Below are positions 22,808 through 37,238 of a DNA stretch of 64,000 nucleotides, piece by piece. The notes under the pieces were generated by a model. That model was not told where the DNA came from, made no database searches, and worked only from the letters and a program-made list of their open reading frames with translations. Position 1 is the first letter of the stretch; every line of letters begins with the position of its first letter. A program made the position numbers and the translations under genes. The DNA is from Amoebidium appalachense (Eukaryota; Protista; Ichthyosporea), in the NCBI GenBank assembly GCA_963693365.1, contig CAVNZM010000012.1:6274889-6338888 (forward strand). Reading direction: 5' to 3'.

Positions 22808-23165
22808 CCCTGAACTGAAGTTCCGACGCAAGGTTACACCACACTTTAGTAGTCTAGGGACGTTCTCATGACAGTTAGGTTTAGCCTGTCTGTAAAAATA
22901 TTATTTGCACGGTGCTCGAAAATTTCAAATTGGCATAAAGTTTGGAGCTCTGAGTGCCTCCCGCGGCCCACGCGGGGTTGCCACAAGATACAGTAACTAT
23001 TTACGAAAGCGTGCAAACCTGCGCCGTGCCAAAGGTTTTTTTCATCCAAAATATATTTTGGTGCATGCTCTCGTGTGGTTTCGCAGCACAGTTCTGTAGC
23101 ACCTACAATGCTGGTGGGAAGCCAACTGCGCCGTGCCCCCCAACACGTCGAAGTGTTTGTCATCT

Positions 23166-23207
<42 letters not shown>

Positions 23208-26145
23208 CCCCCCCCCCCCCCCCCCCCCCTCCCCTCCCTCCCTCCCTAATTACTCCCTCCCTATATAGTGCACCCCAGCCCCAGGTGCGCCCCTCTACAT
23301 ATAAGGCTTTGGATTAGCTTTAGACCATCCTATGTCGTCTACATAGCTATAGACGACTTCATAATATGTACTTTTGCATGTTTACACACAATAATTTTGA
23401 ACGGTCTTATTTGACACCGACGCCCTCAGAGTCTGGCGGGTACCGACCCCAAGTGACCTTTATGCATACTTTCTTGACAGTCACTGACCCCGTTAATAGA
23501 AATGGTACAACGATCGAGCTGTAGTCTAGTAGTTACATAGTATCCTGTCTATTTGGGGGGGAGCCATGTTAACGTTTACTACACACATACACACACCGTA
23601 CACATGCCTTGGCAACACATGGGTTAGAACGGCAATCTGCTTGCCAACAATCCGTCCGTGCACGTATGCTCACAAGGCCTCAAAGCCTGAACTGACGTGG
23701 TTTTGCATGCTAAGGGATCCCGGCTTAGATCCTTATACCGACGAGGGGGGAGAGGGGGGGGGGGGGGGGAGAGAGGGGCCGGGGGGAGAGTGATGATAGG
23801 TGCAGTCGGGGTGCACCGTGATTTGGGCATTCTACTCCGCTTCGGCCTCCGTTTAAGGTAGCTTCTGGCCCAGGGTCAATAGATTGTGCAACGAAAAGAA
23901 AGAATAGCCTAGTGAATAAAGAAAAACAATGCCGATTGTGATTTTCTCGGCTGGCCGTGTCGCCTGCGGCAGCGCCAGGGGGGAGGGGCGGGTGGGGGGG
24001 GGGGGGGGGGGGGGAGGGGGGGGGGGGGGGGAAGGGGGGGGAAGGGGGAGGGGGGGGGAGCTAGGGGGGGGGGGGGGAGGGGAGGGGGGTTTACTGTGTG
24101 TGTGTGGGGGGGGTGGGGGCCGGTGGGTACCAGCGAGGGTGGCCACGGGTGTAGTGTGTGCACGTGTGTGTTTTTAGGAGGGGCATACTATTGACCTTGT
24201 TGTTAATGTAGGTATTAGTTTTCACTACCGTTAATATTTTTGCAGTTTGTTTTTACCCTACAGAGAGCAAACAGGCAGCTGGCTACGATCAACCTCCCAT
24301 GCACCCTCGCCGTGCCGCTTGAATTAAGTGTTTGTCTTGGCAGAAACGTTAACGAGTAGTTCCCTGTTTTTCCTTTTCCCATGACTGGATCTGTCAATGA
24401 CCATTGCCCTCCTACGTTTTAGTGGACACAACCTTTACCCATCGGTATGTGCGGACCTGCCGCGAGCATGTAAGCCCACATAACTATACACATGCCACAC
24501 ACCGTACCTTTTTTTTTTTTTTTTTTTTTAAATCCCATTTTGTTCCCTGAGGGTCCCTCAGGGTCCCGCAGAGGAACTACCGTTTTCCACCCAGCACTGA
24601 CTATACCCTAGCTAGGGCGCTCTGTTGCCATCAGCTAAGGTGGACACCATTACCAATCCTACATAACTATTCGTACACACTTAGCTACTTAGCCCCGGGT
24701 TTTCACCCCAGCCTCGCCGGTGGTTAGCACCAGGCTTCCCCTCCACTCAAAACACACGAATAAAACTTTAAGCACGGGCTCTCATTGGTTCATCTACATT
24801 CGTGGAATGTAGGGTGTGGTGTTGGTGGTGTCTACTGTGGGTGTGGTGTATGGTGGGGTCTAGTGGCGGGGGCATGCTTCCTAACAGGATGGGATTTTGA
24901 ACGTGGTGTGTGGCTACGGTGTAGTACTCTAATAGCCACGCCTTGCACACCTGTGTGTGCCTGTGGGTGTGCCTGCAGTCGGGGCATGCTGGCTGTGTGT
25001 GGATGCACGTGGGGTGTGTGTGTGTGTGTGTGTGTTTTGTGCCTCGATGGGGCTCTCCCTGTCACAGGCCGTTTTACGTGTGGTTTTGGGGTGGTGGTGT
25101 TTTTAAATTTTGGGGTGTGTGGGACAGTAACACACTCCGTGGCACACGCACACACACACACACGCACATGTACACATACACACATTTGCACACACATGGC
25201 GTGTGTGTACATGAAACACACACACACATGCTCACTTCTGCACATAATTATGCACACACAGGTCTACACCTTGTGTGTGGAAATAAATGGTGCCCAACTT
25301 TTTAATCATCGGAAGCAGTGTCCTTTGTAGCTGATGTACCGAAGCGTTCATAATATCTTCAGTGCAGTATTACCATCCTCCCCCATGAATGCTATGGGAA
25401 TATGTGTCTCACATGTACATTGTCTTAGAAACCGGACCGAAACATCAAATTCTAACCCCCCCCCCCCCCCCCCCCCCCCCCCACCACCACCACCACCACC
25501 ACCACCACCACACCACAACCACCGCCTGCCTGCACCCACTCTAAGTCTATCCCTTACAACATAGGTCAGCGTTCAAAAGCAGTACAGTATATGAACCACG
25601 AGGCTCGATATCAGAAATTCAAGTTCCAATCAATTTGCATGTAAGAACCTTCATACAAAGTGAGTAAACCAGTCTTCACCGTTATGCCGGGCCTAAGAAT
25701 TTAAGCGTGTAAATAAAAATTAAGCATAGTTTTGGATTTACCACCACGCCCAGCCACCAACCTACACACACATAGACACAGACACAAAACGCACCCACGG
25801 GGCCCAAACCATAGGGAAAAGAGGAGGGCAAAAAGGGGAAAAAAACAAAAACAACAACCAAAAAAACAAAAAACAAAAACAAAGAGCCAATCAATCATGT
25901 AAGAATAAAACACGGGCTGTCGATCTTATATGTGCCTATGGCACATGCATGCGTCAAATCACTCCTAGAACACAAGAAAAAACCCACATGTTATCTGAGA
26001 TTTTCCCATAAAATGAATATCAACCTTAAAATTTAAAAGTATATTGTTATCCCCGATACCTGAAAGTGCCTTAGTAAATGCGACAAGTCAGATAGTGTTG
26101 TGTTACCCAATCACATGCACTCACTCATTCTCACGGCGGCGTTTT

Positions 26146-27649
26146 CTATTTCTTTCCGCTCCCCCCCCACCACACCTGCACCACCTTGCCGTCCGAGGAC
26201 AGTGACGCCACCTTATTACCATTTATGGCGAAACTGCACTCATCACCCCACCAGTCATCGTCATCGTCCAACTTAACCACAAACATTTCCGTGGATTCCG
26301 CAGTGTTCTCGCCATGTTCAATTGGAAACACTCGCACGCCCCAATCCTCATCAATCACAGCCAAGGCATCACGTCCAATAAGTTCAACAAAGCAATCGTT
26401 TGAACTGTGCCTCATTGACATTGACGTACTTGCAACATCCAAGAGTACATCACGTGACAGGCACTCACCGTCCGAACCCCACCGAGAAACATACACCTCT
26501 GTGAAGTTCTCCTCTGTGGCATCTACCTCCACAACAGCCAGCTCTTCCCCTCCAACCACATTGTGTATGCCAACTCATTCCGGTTACGCGTTATATCAAC
26601 GTTTGCTACCGAATACATCTTGCCGCCGGTGTTTACGTCTGCAACCATTATCCCGGGACTGGGACCACCACAGAAAGCAGCAAAAGCCTCGTCCGTTGTG
26701 TGCGGGTGGAATTTAGTCCCACATTGGTACATAGTTTTTTTGGCCATCGGATATTTTTTCGTCCACACTATCTCCCCTTTTGAAATTTTCAAGGCCGACA
26801 CTTTGCAGATAGATCATGATTAGCATATCACCCGCAAACACCATGTCCGTAACTTTCTGTTTAACCGTGATGCTCCGCACGTTCGCCTTCTCTTTGGGGC
26901 TGTACACCACAACCGTTCGACTGCGAGACTGAGCACTTTTACCTGTAGGAATGTAAGTGGCCGCAACAAATCTCCCGGTGGTATCCAAACGAAACTCATC
27001 TGGCTGCCCATATTCCTCCTCATAATTCGCCCATACTTCTACCCGCTTCCCCGTCGTCACGTCCCAAAGTGCAGCAAAGGTTTCCGAAGAGGTTTCCGAA
27101 GAGATTTCCGAAGAGGTTTCCCAAGAACTTGTGGTGTCTTCCTCCCCATAATCATCCAACTTACACAGCACAAAGTTCCCGCCCAAGGATATGTCCGCAA
27201 TATCGATATTGGCCCCTTGATACTCAGGCTCGGTTTGGATATCGATAACGAAACACTCAAGATCTCCGCGAAGAGTATCCATGATGGTTTTCTGTCGGGG
27301 GGTTTCCGGCCATTGGAGCCCAAAATGCTCAAATTCCTCCATCAACCTCTCCTTCCCATATGCACCATCATCACTGCTGAACAACCCAATGCCCCGTACG
27401 CAAATAGTCCATGACGTATGCGAACAACTCTGGTGGGCGGTCGATGAACACTGTCCCATCCGCGCGTGTTTGGATGACGTGGCGGCCGCTGAACCATGCG
27501 GCGAGCATGGAGCCTGGTTGTGCGCACAGTGTTTGGCGGGTGGTGGCGAATGTTTTGCCCCCCACATCCAAAAGGATGCGGTCTGTGGATTGGGCGTTGA
27601 TTGCGCCGACGGATTCGTGCTCAGCGGCAAACTGGGCTCTGCAGGATAG

Positions 27650-27732
<83 letters not shown>

Positions 27733-27944
27733 GTGTGTGTGTGTGTGTGCGAGCGTGTTTAGGTGTAAGTATGTTTATTACATATGTGTGAAAAGAGAGA
27801 GGGGGAGGAAGGGGGGGGGGAGGGGGGGGGGGGGGGAGGGGGGACTCTAAGGGGGTGGAGGGAAGGGGAGAGGGGAGTTGAGTATATGTGCCTTTTCTGT
27901 GTTCTGTGCCAGGTGTGTCTGTGTATGTGTGGGTGTTGGGGAGG

Positions 27945-28018
<74 letters not shown>

Positions 28019-29911
28019 TATGTGTGTGTGTGCGCGCGTGCATGCGTGCGTGTGTGGATGTGCGCGCGTGTGTGCCTGGGTCTGTACGTGTCGGTGTATG
28101 TATGTTTAGGTACACTTGTGTGAAGAGATGGGAGGGGGGGGGGGGGGGGGGGGGGGCGCTCTAAGAGGGGGGAGGGGGGCGGGAGTGGGGAGTTGGCTAT
28201 ATTTGTCTTTTCTGTGTTGTGTGCCATGTGTCTGTTTGCGTTTGTGTGTGTTGAGAGGAGGGAGGGGGTAGGGAAGCGAAGAGGAGAGGCCCATCCGTGA
28301 AAGTATGAAATCGTGCAGGGAGCTGATAGGAGTAGAGGATACGGAGGAGGCGTTGTGAAGAAGCCAGGGAGGGACGGGATGACAGAGATGGGGGGGGGGG
28401 GAGGGGGGGGGGGGGGAAGCGGGAGGAGGAAAAAGGAGTGTGGGGGGGATGGAGTAGAGGGCGAGAGAGACAAGGGCGAGGGTGCGGGAAAGGGTGAGGG
28501 ATCGGAGAGTGAAGTTGGGGAATGAGAGGAAGGGGGATGCGAGGAGGGAGAGGGACATCGAGAGGGAGAGTAGGAGGAAAGAAGAGAGGGGAAAAGGAAG
28601 GGAGAACCCCAAGTGTGTGGGGGTTGTTGTGTGAGGAAACGTGTGTGTGGCCGTGCCTTCACGGAAGCTTAAAGGAGACAAAGTTCCTACTTGTTAGTGT
28701 GTGTGTTTGCCTGTGAGTGTACTCATGCAGATGGGTGCCTGCACTTTTCCCCCTCCGTTTAAGCAAGTAGGGCGGGGAGGGGGGGGGGGGGGGGGGGGGG
28801 GGAGGGGGGTGAGGGGGGAGGGGGGCGGAGGGGGGGGGGGGGGGGGGGGGGGGGCACGAAGTGAAAACGAGAGAGGGTAGCGCAAACGAATTTTGTTTTG
28901 CAGCAGTACAAACGAGCAAAAGATGCTGGACTAGGCCAATGGATGGCACCATATAGAGAATCATGATCCTCGTAGTTGTCACTGCATGCACAAGTGTGTG
29001 CCTGAGTCGAGTGTGTGTTTGTGTGCTGTGCATGCGCCGATGCCAAAGAGAATGGGCTTGCGTCTTACGAGCATGTTTGTGTGTGTGCGTGTGCGTGTGT
29101 GTGTGTGCATGAGCATGCGTGTGGGTAAGCGGGGCTTTGTTCGCACCTCCCCTCTGCAAGCGACACCTCTCTGCCTCTACCCGCCTTTTTTTTTCTTCGA
29201 CGGCCTTCTCTCGTTCCTGCAAGCCACGTGCCACCTCACATATGCGCTCACAAAGAGACGCACCCTCCACTTTGAGCGCCTCCCCAGCAGCCAGTTGCCG
29301 GTGCGCTCATTCTCCAGAAAGGCAAGGGGGTTGCCCTGTGGAGACGTGGTTGGGACGTGCTTGCCCGTGTAATCAAAATTTGCAGAGTGCTTGGTTAACG
29401 AGTGTTTTGGTTGCAAGATGCTTGGTTGAATAGCGCTTGGTTAAGGGTGCTTGGTTGAAGGGTGTTTTGTCGCAAAGTGCTTGCTGCTTAGTTGAAGGGT
29501 GTTTTGTTGCAAAGTGCTTGCTGCTTGGTTGAAGGGTGTTTTGTTGCAAAGTGCTTTCTTGGTTTGAAGGCGTTTGTTACAAATTGCTTGCTTGGTTGAA
29601 GGTATTTTGTTACAAAGTGCTTGCTTGGTTGAAGCGTGTATTGTTACAAATTGCTTGCTTGGTCAAAGGTGTGTTGTTGCAAAGTACTTGGTTGAAGGGT
29701 GTTTTGTTGCAAAGTGCCTGGTTGAAGGGTGTTTGGTTGCAAAGTGCTTGGTTGATTTTGTGGCAAATTGCTTGCTTGGTTGAGGGGTTTTTGGTTGCAA
29801 AGTGCTTGGTTGAAGGGTGTTGTGTTGTGTTCGAGTGCAACTCAACTTTACTTGAGGCCTCCCTCCAGTCGACCTGTCGGGGTTCGCTCGGGGGTTTTGG
29901 CGGGAACGCAT
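26146..29911 (-). pseudogene. Coiled-coil + KCTD-type BTB/POZ + beta-propeller-like gene with 4 frameshifts (pseudogene or assembly indels)
   Basis: Putative exons 29911-29852 (tentative), 29335-29167 and 27638-26146; the junction reads RVEAER|AQFAAEHE. BTB: ILLDVGGKTFATTRQTLCAQPGSMLAAWFSGRH...FIDRPPELFAYVMDYLRTG...LMEEFEHFGL. WD-like segments ALWDVTTGK and SSDGKVVQVW. Frame changes near 29305, 27380, 26810 and 26565. Confidence 0.8.
29378..29820. repeat. Minisatellite of ~30-36-bp units (about 13 copies)
   Basis: TTGCAAAGTGCTTG(CTTG)GTTGAAGGGTGTTTTG and variants, head to tail with no unique spacers; lies in the putative first intron of the BTB gene. Confidence 0.9.
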
Positions 29912-30621
29912 GTCATTGGTTGAAACAGATCTTACATGCGGTCACTTGTTTAAGTATACATGCGGCCACATCTAATCTTATAAGCGGCTCCGGTCAAGCG
30001 CAGCATGATCTCCATTATCCATACGTTCATGTTTCTTAGTACCATCAGTGTGGACATGTGTGCTGCCACACGCACACAGGCATGATACACATGTGAGTTT
30101 GTTACCACACTATGCCATGATAGCAGTGATAATTATGTTTGGTTCACCGCCTACAATTGCCTCAGTCGTCCGAAAGTCAAATATAATATACAACAAAAAC
30201 GGAAAACAAAACAAAACAAAACAAAACAAGAAAAAAAAAAGAAAAAAGAAAAAAATAAAAAAATTAAGGAGCTTGTTAACTGACACACACACACAACACA
30301 CCGTTTGCTAATTTGGTTGTGGTTGTGGTGGCAGTGGCCTCCTGCCGGCGTGGCTGGGGTAGTGGGCAAAGTGTGTACTTATAGTTAGGTTGTGAAGGAT
30401 GGTTTAGCTTAGCTGAACTCATCGATAGCACCTAAATTAGTGTACTGTCGGTGCTGTGTGGTGGACGGTAGTTTCCCTAGAGGGCCTGAAAAGGCCTTCC
30501 GGGAACAAAACGTGATTAAAAAATATAAATAAAATAAAATAAAAAACAAATAAAAAACGTGGTGGCAGTGGTTGTGGTGGTGGTGGTGGTCCGGGTGGGT
30601 GGGTGGGTGGGTGGGGTTGGA

Positions 30622-30654
<33 letters not shown>

Positions 30655-31866
30655 TAATGGTGTTTTTCAAACTTCTTTCGCGAGCCTGTTTGTACACACA
30701 CACAAACACACACACAAACACACACACACATGTACACACACACACACACACACACACACAGGTCGTCTCTTCTCACTTGGGCAGCATGCACTTCTCTTGA
30801 ATAATCACGTGTACGTAAGCACTAATTAACGGGGGCCCAGGACCAAAGTCTTGCAATTGCCACGTGTGTCCGTGTGCACATGTACATGCTGTCACAGTGG
30901 CTGGTGCCGTTTTGAAACTGAAATTTGAAAACCAACCGTGTTTATTTTGGTTGTTGTGTTGTACAACATCGCCAAAAGTGGAAAATGATCAGTTGTGTTT
31001 TTTTTTTTTTTAACCATGGACAATTTCAGTGTCAGACCCCCAATTTACATATTTACAGGAGGGGTCGTGTGCAAATTACCCAAATCACATCTGCACAGTT
31101 TAAAAATTACTACATTTAGGGCCTTTACACGGGCAAGCCTACTCAATCCCGGAGGTCTATTCATTTTTCTTTTTACAACAAACCTATGCCATACTTGCCA
31201 ATCCCAGGATCTTTACCGAGCGTCAATTTACACCGTCAATAAAATCAAGATAAATATTTACATGATGTTGTTAGATATATACATATATGTGTACACGAGG
31301 CTTTTGCTAGAGGCCTCCCAGTTTGAGAGCCGGAAGTCCAAGTTTGGGACACATTACATATTCAATCTAGACGAAGTAAAACCTCCCCCCTCCCCCCCCT
31401 TTTGCAGCCGTGAAGGGGACACTGAAAAAGGAGATGTCTAGATGAGAAAGGCCAAAACGTAAGGGGAAATAAGCCGGAGAGGCCTGAAACGAAACAAACC
31501 ACATCAACTCAACTGAACATGTAAACATGAACTGTAGATGAGTATACATGCCAATACACCTTCATGGTTTGAAAACACACTCTCATCTTCTCAACCCATA
31601 GCTGTAGACCTCAAGAGCAACAGCAACAAAACATCTTAAAAAGCAGCACCACGTCCTTTGCAACCAGTAAAAATCGAAACCATAAAAAAACCTCCAAAAA
31701 AAACTGCAAAAGGGGAGAGGATAAAAAAGAATAAGAAGAAGAAGAATTGCGGACAAACTATCTTCGTCAATTGTACATATACACAGAAGACAAGGTATCG
31801 GAGAGAGTTGTATGTATACCCTGTGTTGATCCGGCCCTCCAGCACAAAGGCCTGCATGCATGCATG

Positions 31867-31908
<42 letters not shown>

Positions 31909-32161
31909 TGTCTGTGCGCTCTGGGATGTGTGTGGGTGTGGGTTATGTTTCGTGTGTTCGCATGTGTGCATGCATCATGTAATGCATGTATGTGTATGTG
32001 TAGTTGTGCCACAGTGTGAATGTCTCGGTGTTTCTTCAAATGCAACATCTTGCTTGCGATACCCCATCCCAGCCCATCGAGTTAATAACCCCCCCCCCCC
32101 CCCCCCCCCCCATAACAACCATCCATATTTCCTTTTGCGTTCTTCCATTCGGCCCGGACAG

Positions 32162-32198
<37 letters not shown>

Positions 32199-32441
32199 AA
32201 CATCACCAACCCAAAAACACACACACACACACACAGACACACACACACACAAAACAGAGGCAAGAAAAAAAAGAAAAAAGGAAGATAATAACAAAGGAAC
32301 CTCCTCCCTCAATTCCCCCAACCCTCCCCTCCGTGGCCTGCCGTCAACAACCATTTGTCTACCCGCCCACCCCCACACACACAAACACACAGCCAACCCC
32401 CCTCCCCCTCCCCCTCACACGCACCCACCCACCCACACAGC

Positions 32442-32496
<55 letters not shown>

Positions 32497-32721
32497 ACAC
32501 CCACACCCACATACACATAAACCTCCCCCCCCCCCCCCCCCCCCTCCACCTCCCACCCACATACACTGCCTCCCCCCTCCCCCCCAACTCCCTCCTCCAC
32601 CCCTCCTACCCAACTCCCTTTCCCCCCCACATTGAAATGCACAGATACCCCCCCTCCCCCCCCCCCCCCCCCCCCCTTTCCTCCCCTCCTCACAACAACA
32701 ACAAAAAACCAACAACAAAGG

Positions 32722-32763
<42 letters not shown>

Positions 32764-32778
32764 CCACGCACCATGCTC

Positions 32779-32991
32779 CTATGCACGTGGAAACAGCACG
32801 TTGCACTCCGTGACCAGCAGCTCTGCGGTCAGGCTGGCCACCTTCATGCTGTCCAGGGCAGAGGGCCCGGCCGTGGCACACTGGGGCACTATGTTGGGGC
32901 CAATCACTACGGCTAGGTTGCTGATCGGCATGCTGTTGTGCTCACTGTGTTGCGCAACACTGGGGGGAAAATATGGGGAAGAGTGGGGGAT

Positions 32992-33023
<32 letters not shown>

Positions 33024-33642
33024 GAATGCATTATAGAGTACGAAGGCCTCATTCACAAATGCGGGGGGAGGCTGGGGGGGGGGTTGAATGCGGAACAAGG
33101 TACGAAGTACGCATACACGATGAGAAGCATGGTGCAGGACACATGCAAAGGCAAACATTCAAGTATGCAATCCAGCAATGCGCACAGTATGCGTCATAAA
33201 CAAAGCCCATCCTCAGGGAGGGCCCAGGGGAGGGGTTGGGTGGGTGGGTGGGTGGGTGAGGGGGGGGGGGGGGGGGGGGAGGAGGGGGGTAGGTAGATTG
33301 TGTTATAGAGTACGAAGCACACAATCAAAACGGACAACACAATGCAGAGTGAAAACTACAAATCAAGAGAGTATGCATAATAGGCAGAGCCAATCCTCAA
33401 GGGGGGCCAACCTCATCCACGAGGGGAGGGGGGAGGGGGGGGGGGGGGGGGGGGGGGGGAATAGGGATAGAATTGGGACAGGCTAAAAAATGCAGCTAAA
33501 CGATGAGAAACACGGTGCAGGACACATGCACCGTCAAACACTCAAGGATGCATCAAAAGAAACGCGTGCAGTATGCAAGTAGGCAGAACCCATCCTAAGG
33601 GAGGGCATTCTAAGAGGTGTGTGTGTGTGTGTGTGTCCTGGG

Positions 33643-33680
<38 letters not shown>

Positions 33681-34381
33681 AGGATGAAGGGGCATCGGGG
33701 AGGAGGGGGAAGGGGGAGATGAGAGAATATTGGTTGAGTGAGAGGAGTTCGAGAGAAGAGGAAAGGAGGGTGGAGGAGAGTGGGGAGAGAAGGTGTGGTT
33801 AAACGAACCCGCTTTCTATTAATAATGGAGAAGTTTTGCTTGTGTGCGTGTATGTATGTGTCTTTGGGTCAACCACCATAACAATCACCAGGCTGTCTAA
33901 AATGGCAACATCGTAGACATGAAGAGGAAAAGGAAAACAGAGAGCAGTGGCGTTTGATGCTGTGTGTGTGGAGGGGGGGGGGGGAGTGGGATAAAGTGAG
34001 GAGAAGGGTGAGTCGTTACTGAGTTATCAGATAGCCTGATGTAGTGTTGCGTGTTTTAAATTTGAATGCATGTTTGTGTGCGCTCTTGTATGTTTGCCCC
34101 CATGTGCTTGTGCGCGTGCACGACACATGCATGTGCGTGTAAGTGTAATCACTGGGCATTGCAACTCACATATAGAGGTGAGGGAGAGAGAAAAGACTTG
34201 AGGGATTAGTTTGAATGGTGGACATGGGTGGTTGGGCAAAAAGGGGGGGACGAGGGGAGGGAGGGACTGGGGGGGGGGGGGGGGGGGGGGGGGAGGGGGA
34301 GGGAACGGGGACAGAGTGGGGTGGGCCTGCTTGTCTGCAGGTAGAGGGTGGTAGGGTATGAAGTAAACTTGCATGAATGTG

Positions 34382-34459
<78 letters not shown>

Positions 34460-34742
34460 CTGAATGAGCGAGAGTATGATTCAGTGAGCAAATGAGTGAG
34501 TTTGTTTCTGCGTCTGCATGTATGCGAGCCCAGGATTGTGTGCTTGCACTTCAAGCACCATGCGCAGATTTGAGCATACACACTCTGTCATCGCACCTGA
34601 GCCCACGTGTGTAAGTGCACATGGATCCAAACAGTGACCTACCGTGCCATGTGGTGTGATAGGGCTGCCAGGGTTGCAAAATGACTTGGGGGGAGCGCCG
34701 ACAAAACCTCCTTGACGCCTGCAAGTTGCACGTCCCGCTCCA

Positions 34743-34822
<80 letters not shown>

Positions 34823-34860
34823 CGCGCGCACGCGCGTGTGTGTCTTTGTCTCTTTCCCTT

Positions 34861-34899
<39 letters not shown>

Positions 34900-35411
34900 A
34901 TGTAGGAATGAGTGTCGGTCAGCGGCATGGCTATAACTCTTGTAAAACGGTGAAGGATGCTGGAAAGAAGAGAAATAACTGGCCAACTGACCGAGATACA
35001 CGAGAATAAGGGTGGTGACAGCAGGCACATGGTGTGTGGGTATGTATGTTTCAAAGAAGTGGCGGGGGAAGGGAGGGGGAAAGGGTAAAGGAAAGAACCG
35101 GGGGGGAGGGGGGAAGAGAGAAGAGGAGCTTGATGTATTCAAGATCTTCATCGGTTTGTTGCATGTTCAGATTGTTGAAGACGAACAGACAGAAAACCTC
35201 TCTATGTTCACGTTTGCTAGGTGTGTTTGCATGTGTGCGTGTAAATGTCTCTCTGTGTGTCAGTACGTGTAGGGGGGGAGGGGGAGGGGGGAGGAGGGAG
35301 CTGGTTGGGCTACAGCAGAAAAAGGAGGAAAGGGTATAGACTGCATTGTACAGGATGAAGAGCAATCTCACAACGGCTAAAGTAGTTGACATCTGCAATA
35401 GGAAAAAAAAC

Positions 35412-35473
<62 letters not shown>

Positions 35474-36765
35474 ACGTACCCAGCAGCAGCTTGATTCTTC
35501 TCATTGCGGCTGCAGGCAGCAGGGGCTCAGGCAGTTGTCTCAGAAACAGTTTGACCACCCCGGTGACGGAGTTGGGGCTGGCCTCCATGCACGTCAGATC
35601 AAGCCTGCCCTCTGTGGATGGGTGCACAAGCACATTGGTTAGTGTGTGGTGTGGGTTGGTGTCGATCGTGTGTCCATTATACCAGTGATGAAAAGCAGGG
35701 AGGTTGCCTGGTGGGTAAAGGTGTATGTGTGTGCACATACGCGCGCTTTCAGGCGGTAAGAATGCCACATTCACGACGGACAACACATTCCAGGGGGGGG
35801 GGGGGGGGGGGGGGGGGGGAGGGGGGGAGGAGGGGAAGAATGTGGGGTTTATCTGTGTGTGAATGGGAGTTGCTTGGCATAGAAAGAGGGAAATGTAAAC
35901 ACCTGAATTTGGGGGGGCAGGATCAGGATCGGGAGAGGGGGGGGGGGGGGGGGGGAGGGGGGCTGGGGTCAGGAGAGAGTGGGGTTTGTGTGCATGTGTG
36001 TGTGTGCGCTTGTGCGTGTGCGTGTGTGTGTGTGTGTATGTGTGTGTTGGGGGGAAGGGGAGGGGAAGAGAGTTGCACCTTGCTGGAGGGCAGCCTTTAG
36101 GGCATCCACATCAGTCTTGCGGCCAGACAGCCGGTAGATGCCCACCTGCCTGATCCCTGCAGTTAATTGGTGTTAGCACGTGATAGTATGGGTGGAGAGC
36201 ACGTGCACATGTAGGCTAGCATGCATGCATACTGAAGACATAACAAGTGTGCACGTGTAAGCGGTACAGTAAATGTATAGCAAGTGCACACATATAGAGT
36301 CTAAAAAATCAGCAAGCACAACAAGATTTTAACATGCACACGTAAATTTGAGTTGAAGAGTCACATGGCAGGTGCACACACACACATAATATAGTAAACA
36401 CGCAAGAAGTGCACCCATATACTAGAACGCACACACACACACACGTGATAAAGCACACAGACGGTTTACATACATAAACGTGTACACGTAAACTGACATG
36501 ATCACGCACAGATTTGACATCACCCACGGACAGATACAGGTAGACGAACACACACACCTACGTACACCCCGGGATTTGGCATGCACACACAAGTGCACCC
36601 AGAGACATGTTATAGTAAACAGACAACACGTGCGTCCACAAATCAGCGCCCACAAAAACACAAACACAACAGATGCACACACACAGGCTGACAAAGACAC
36701 GTGCATAATACCATCACTTAACACACACGGATTCATTTACCACCGTCATCTCAACCTTTTTAGCC

Positions 36766-36805
<40 letters not shown>

Positions 36806-37199
36806 AAAAAAACCACCACCACCATTTTTCCATCACCACCCGACACCACTTAGAAAAATGATACCTGTTGCTACCACACGCCATTAGGCAAAAAGTGAGT
36901 ATCGAGGTGGTAGTGTGAGGGGTATGCTATTAGGGTTGCAATCATGTGCGCGAGGCAAGGATCAATGCATGTTCTTGTTGGTAGAAGGGGTCACTGTATG
37001 TGTTTTTTGGGGGAGAGACGGACGGGGGCGGGGTGGTGGTGGTGATGGTGACTGTGGTGATGTGTGATGGTGGAGTTTGGAAAACATAGCACCGTACGAA
37101 GAACAACCGCACGATTAGAAAGACGAACTCAGGACACATGACACATACTGATATGCAAATGACAACATGCAAGCATGCAGCATCAGCAGAACCCATCCC

Positions 37200-37238
<39 letters not shown>

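Noticed and set aside
26146-27638. Programmed ribosomal frameshifting in the BTB gene
   Set aside because: Mixed shift directions and no shared slippery sequence; decay or assembly error is simpler.
29378-29820. ~30-36-bp repeats resembling a CRISPR array
   Set aside because: Units are head to tail and degenerate with no unique spacers; there are no cas genes and the context is a eukaryotic intron.
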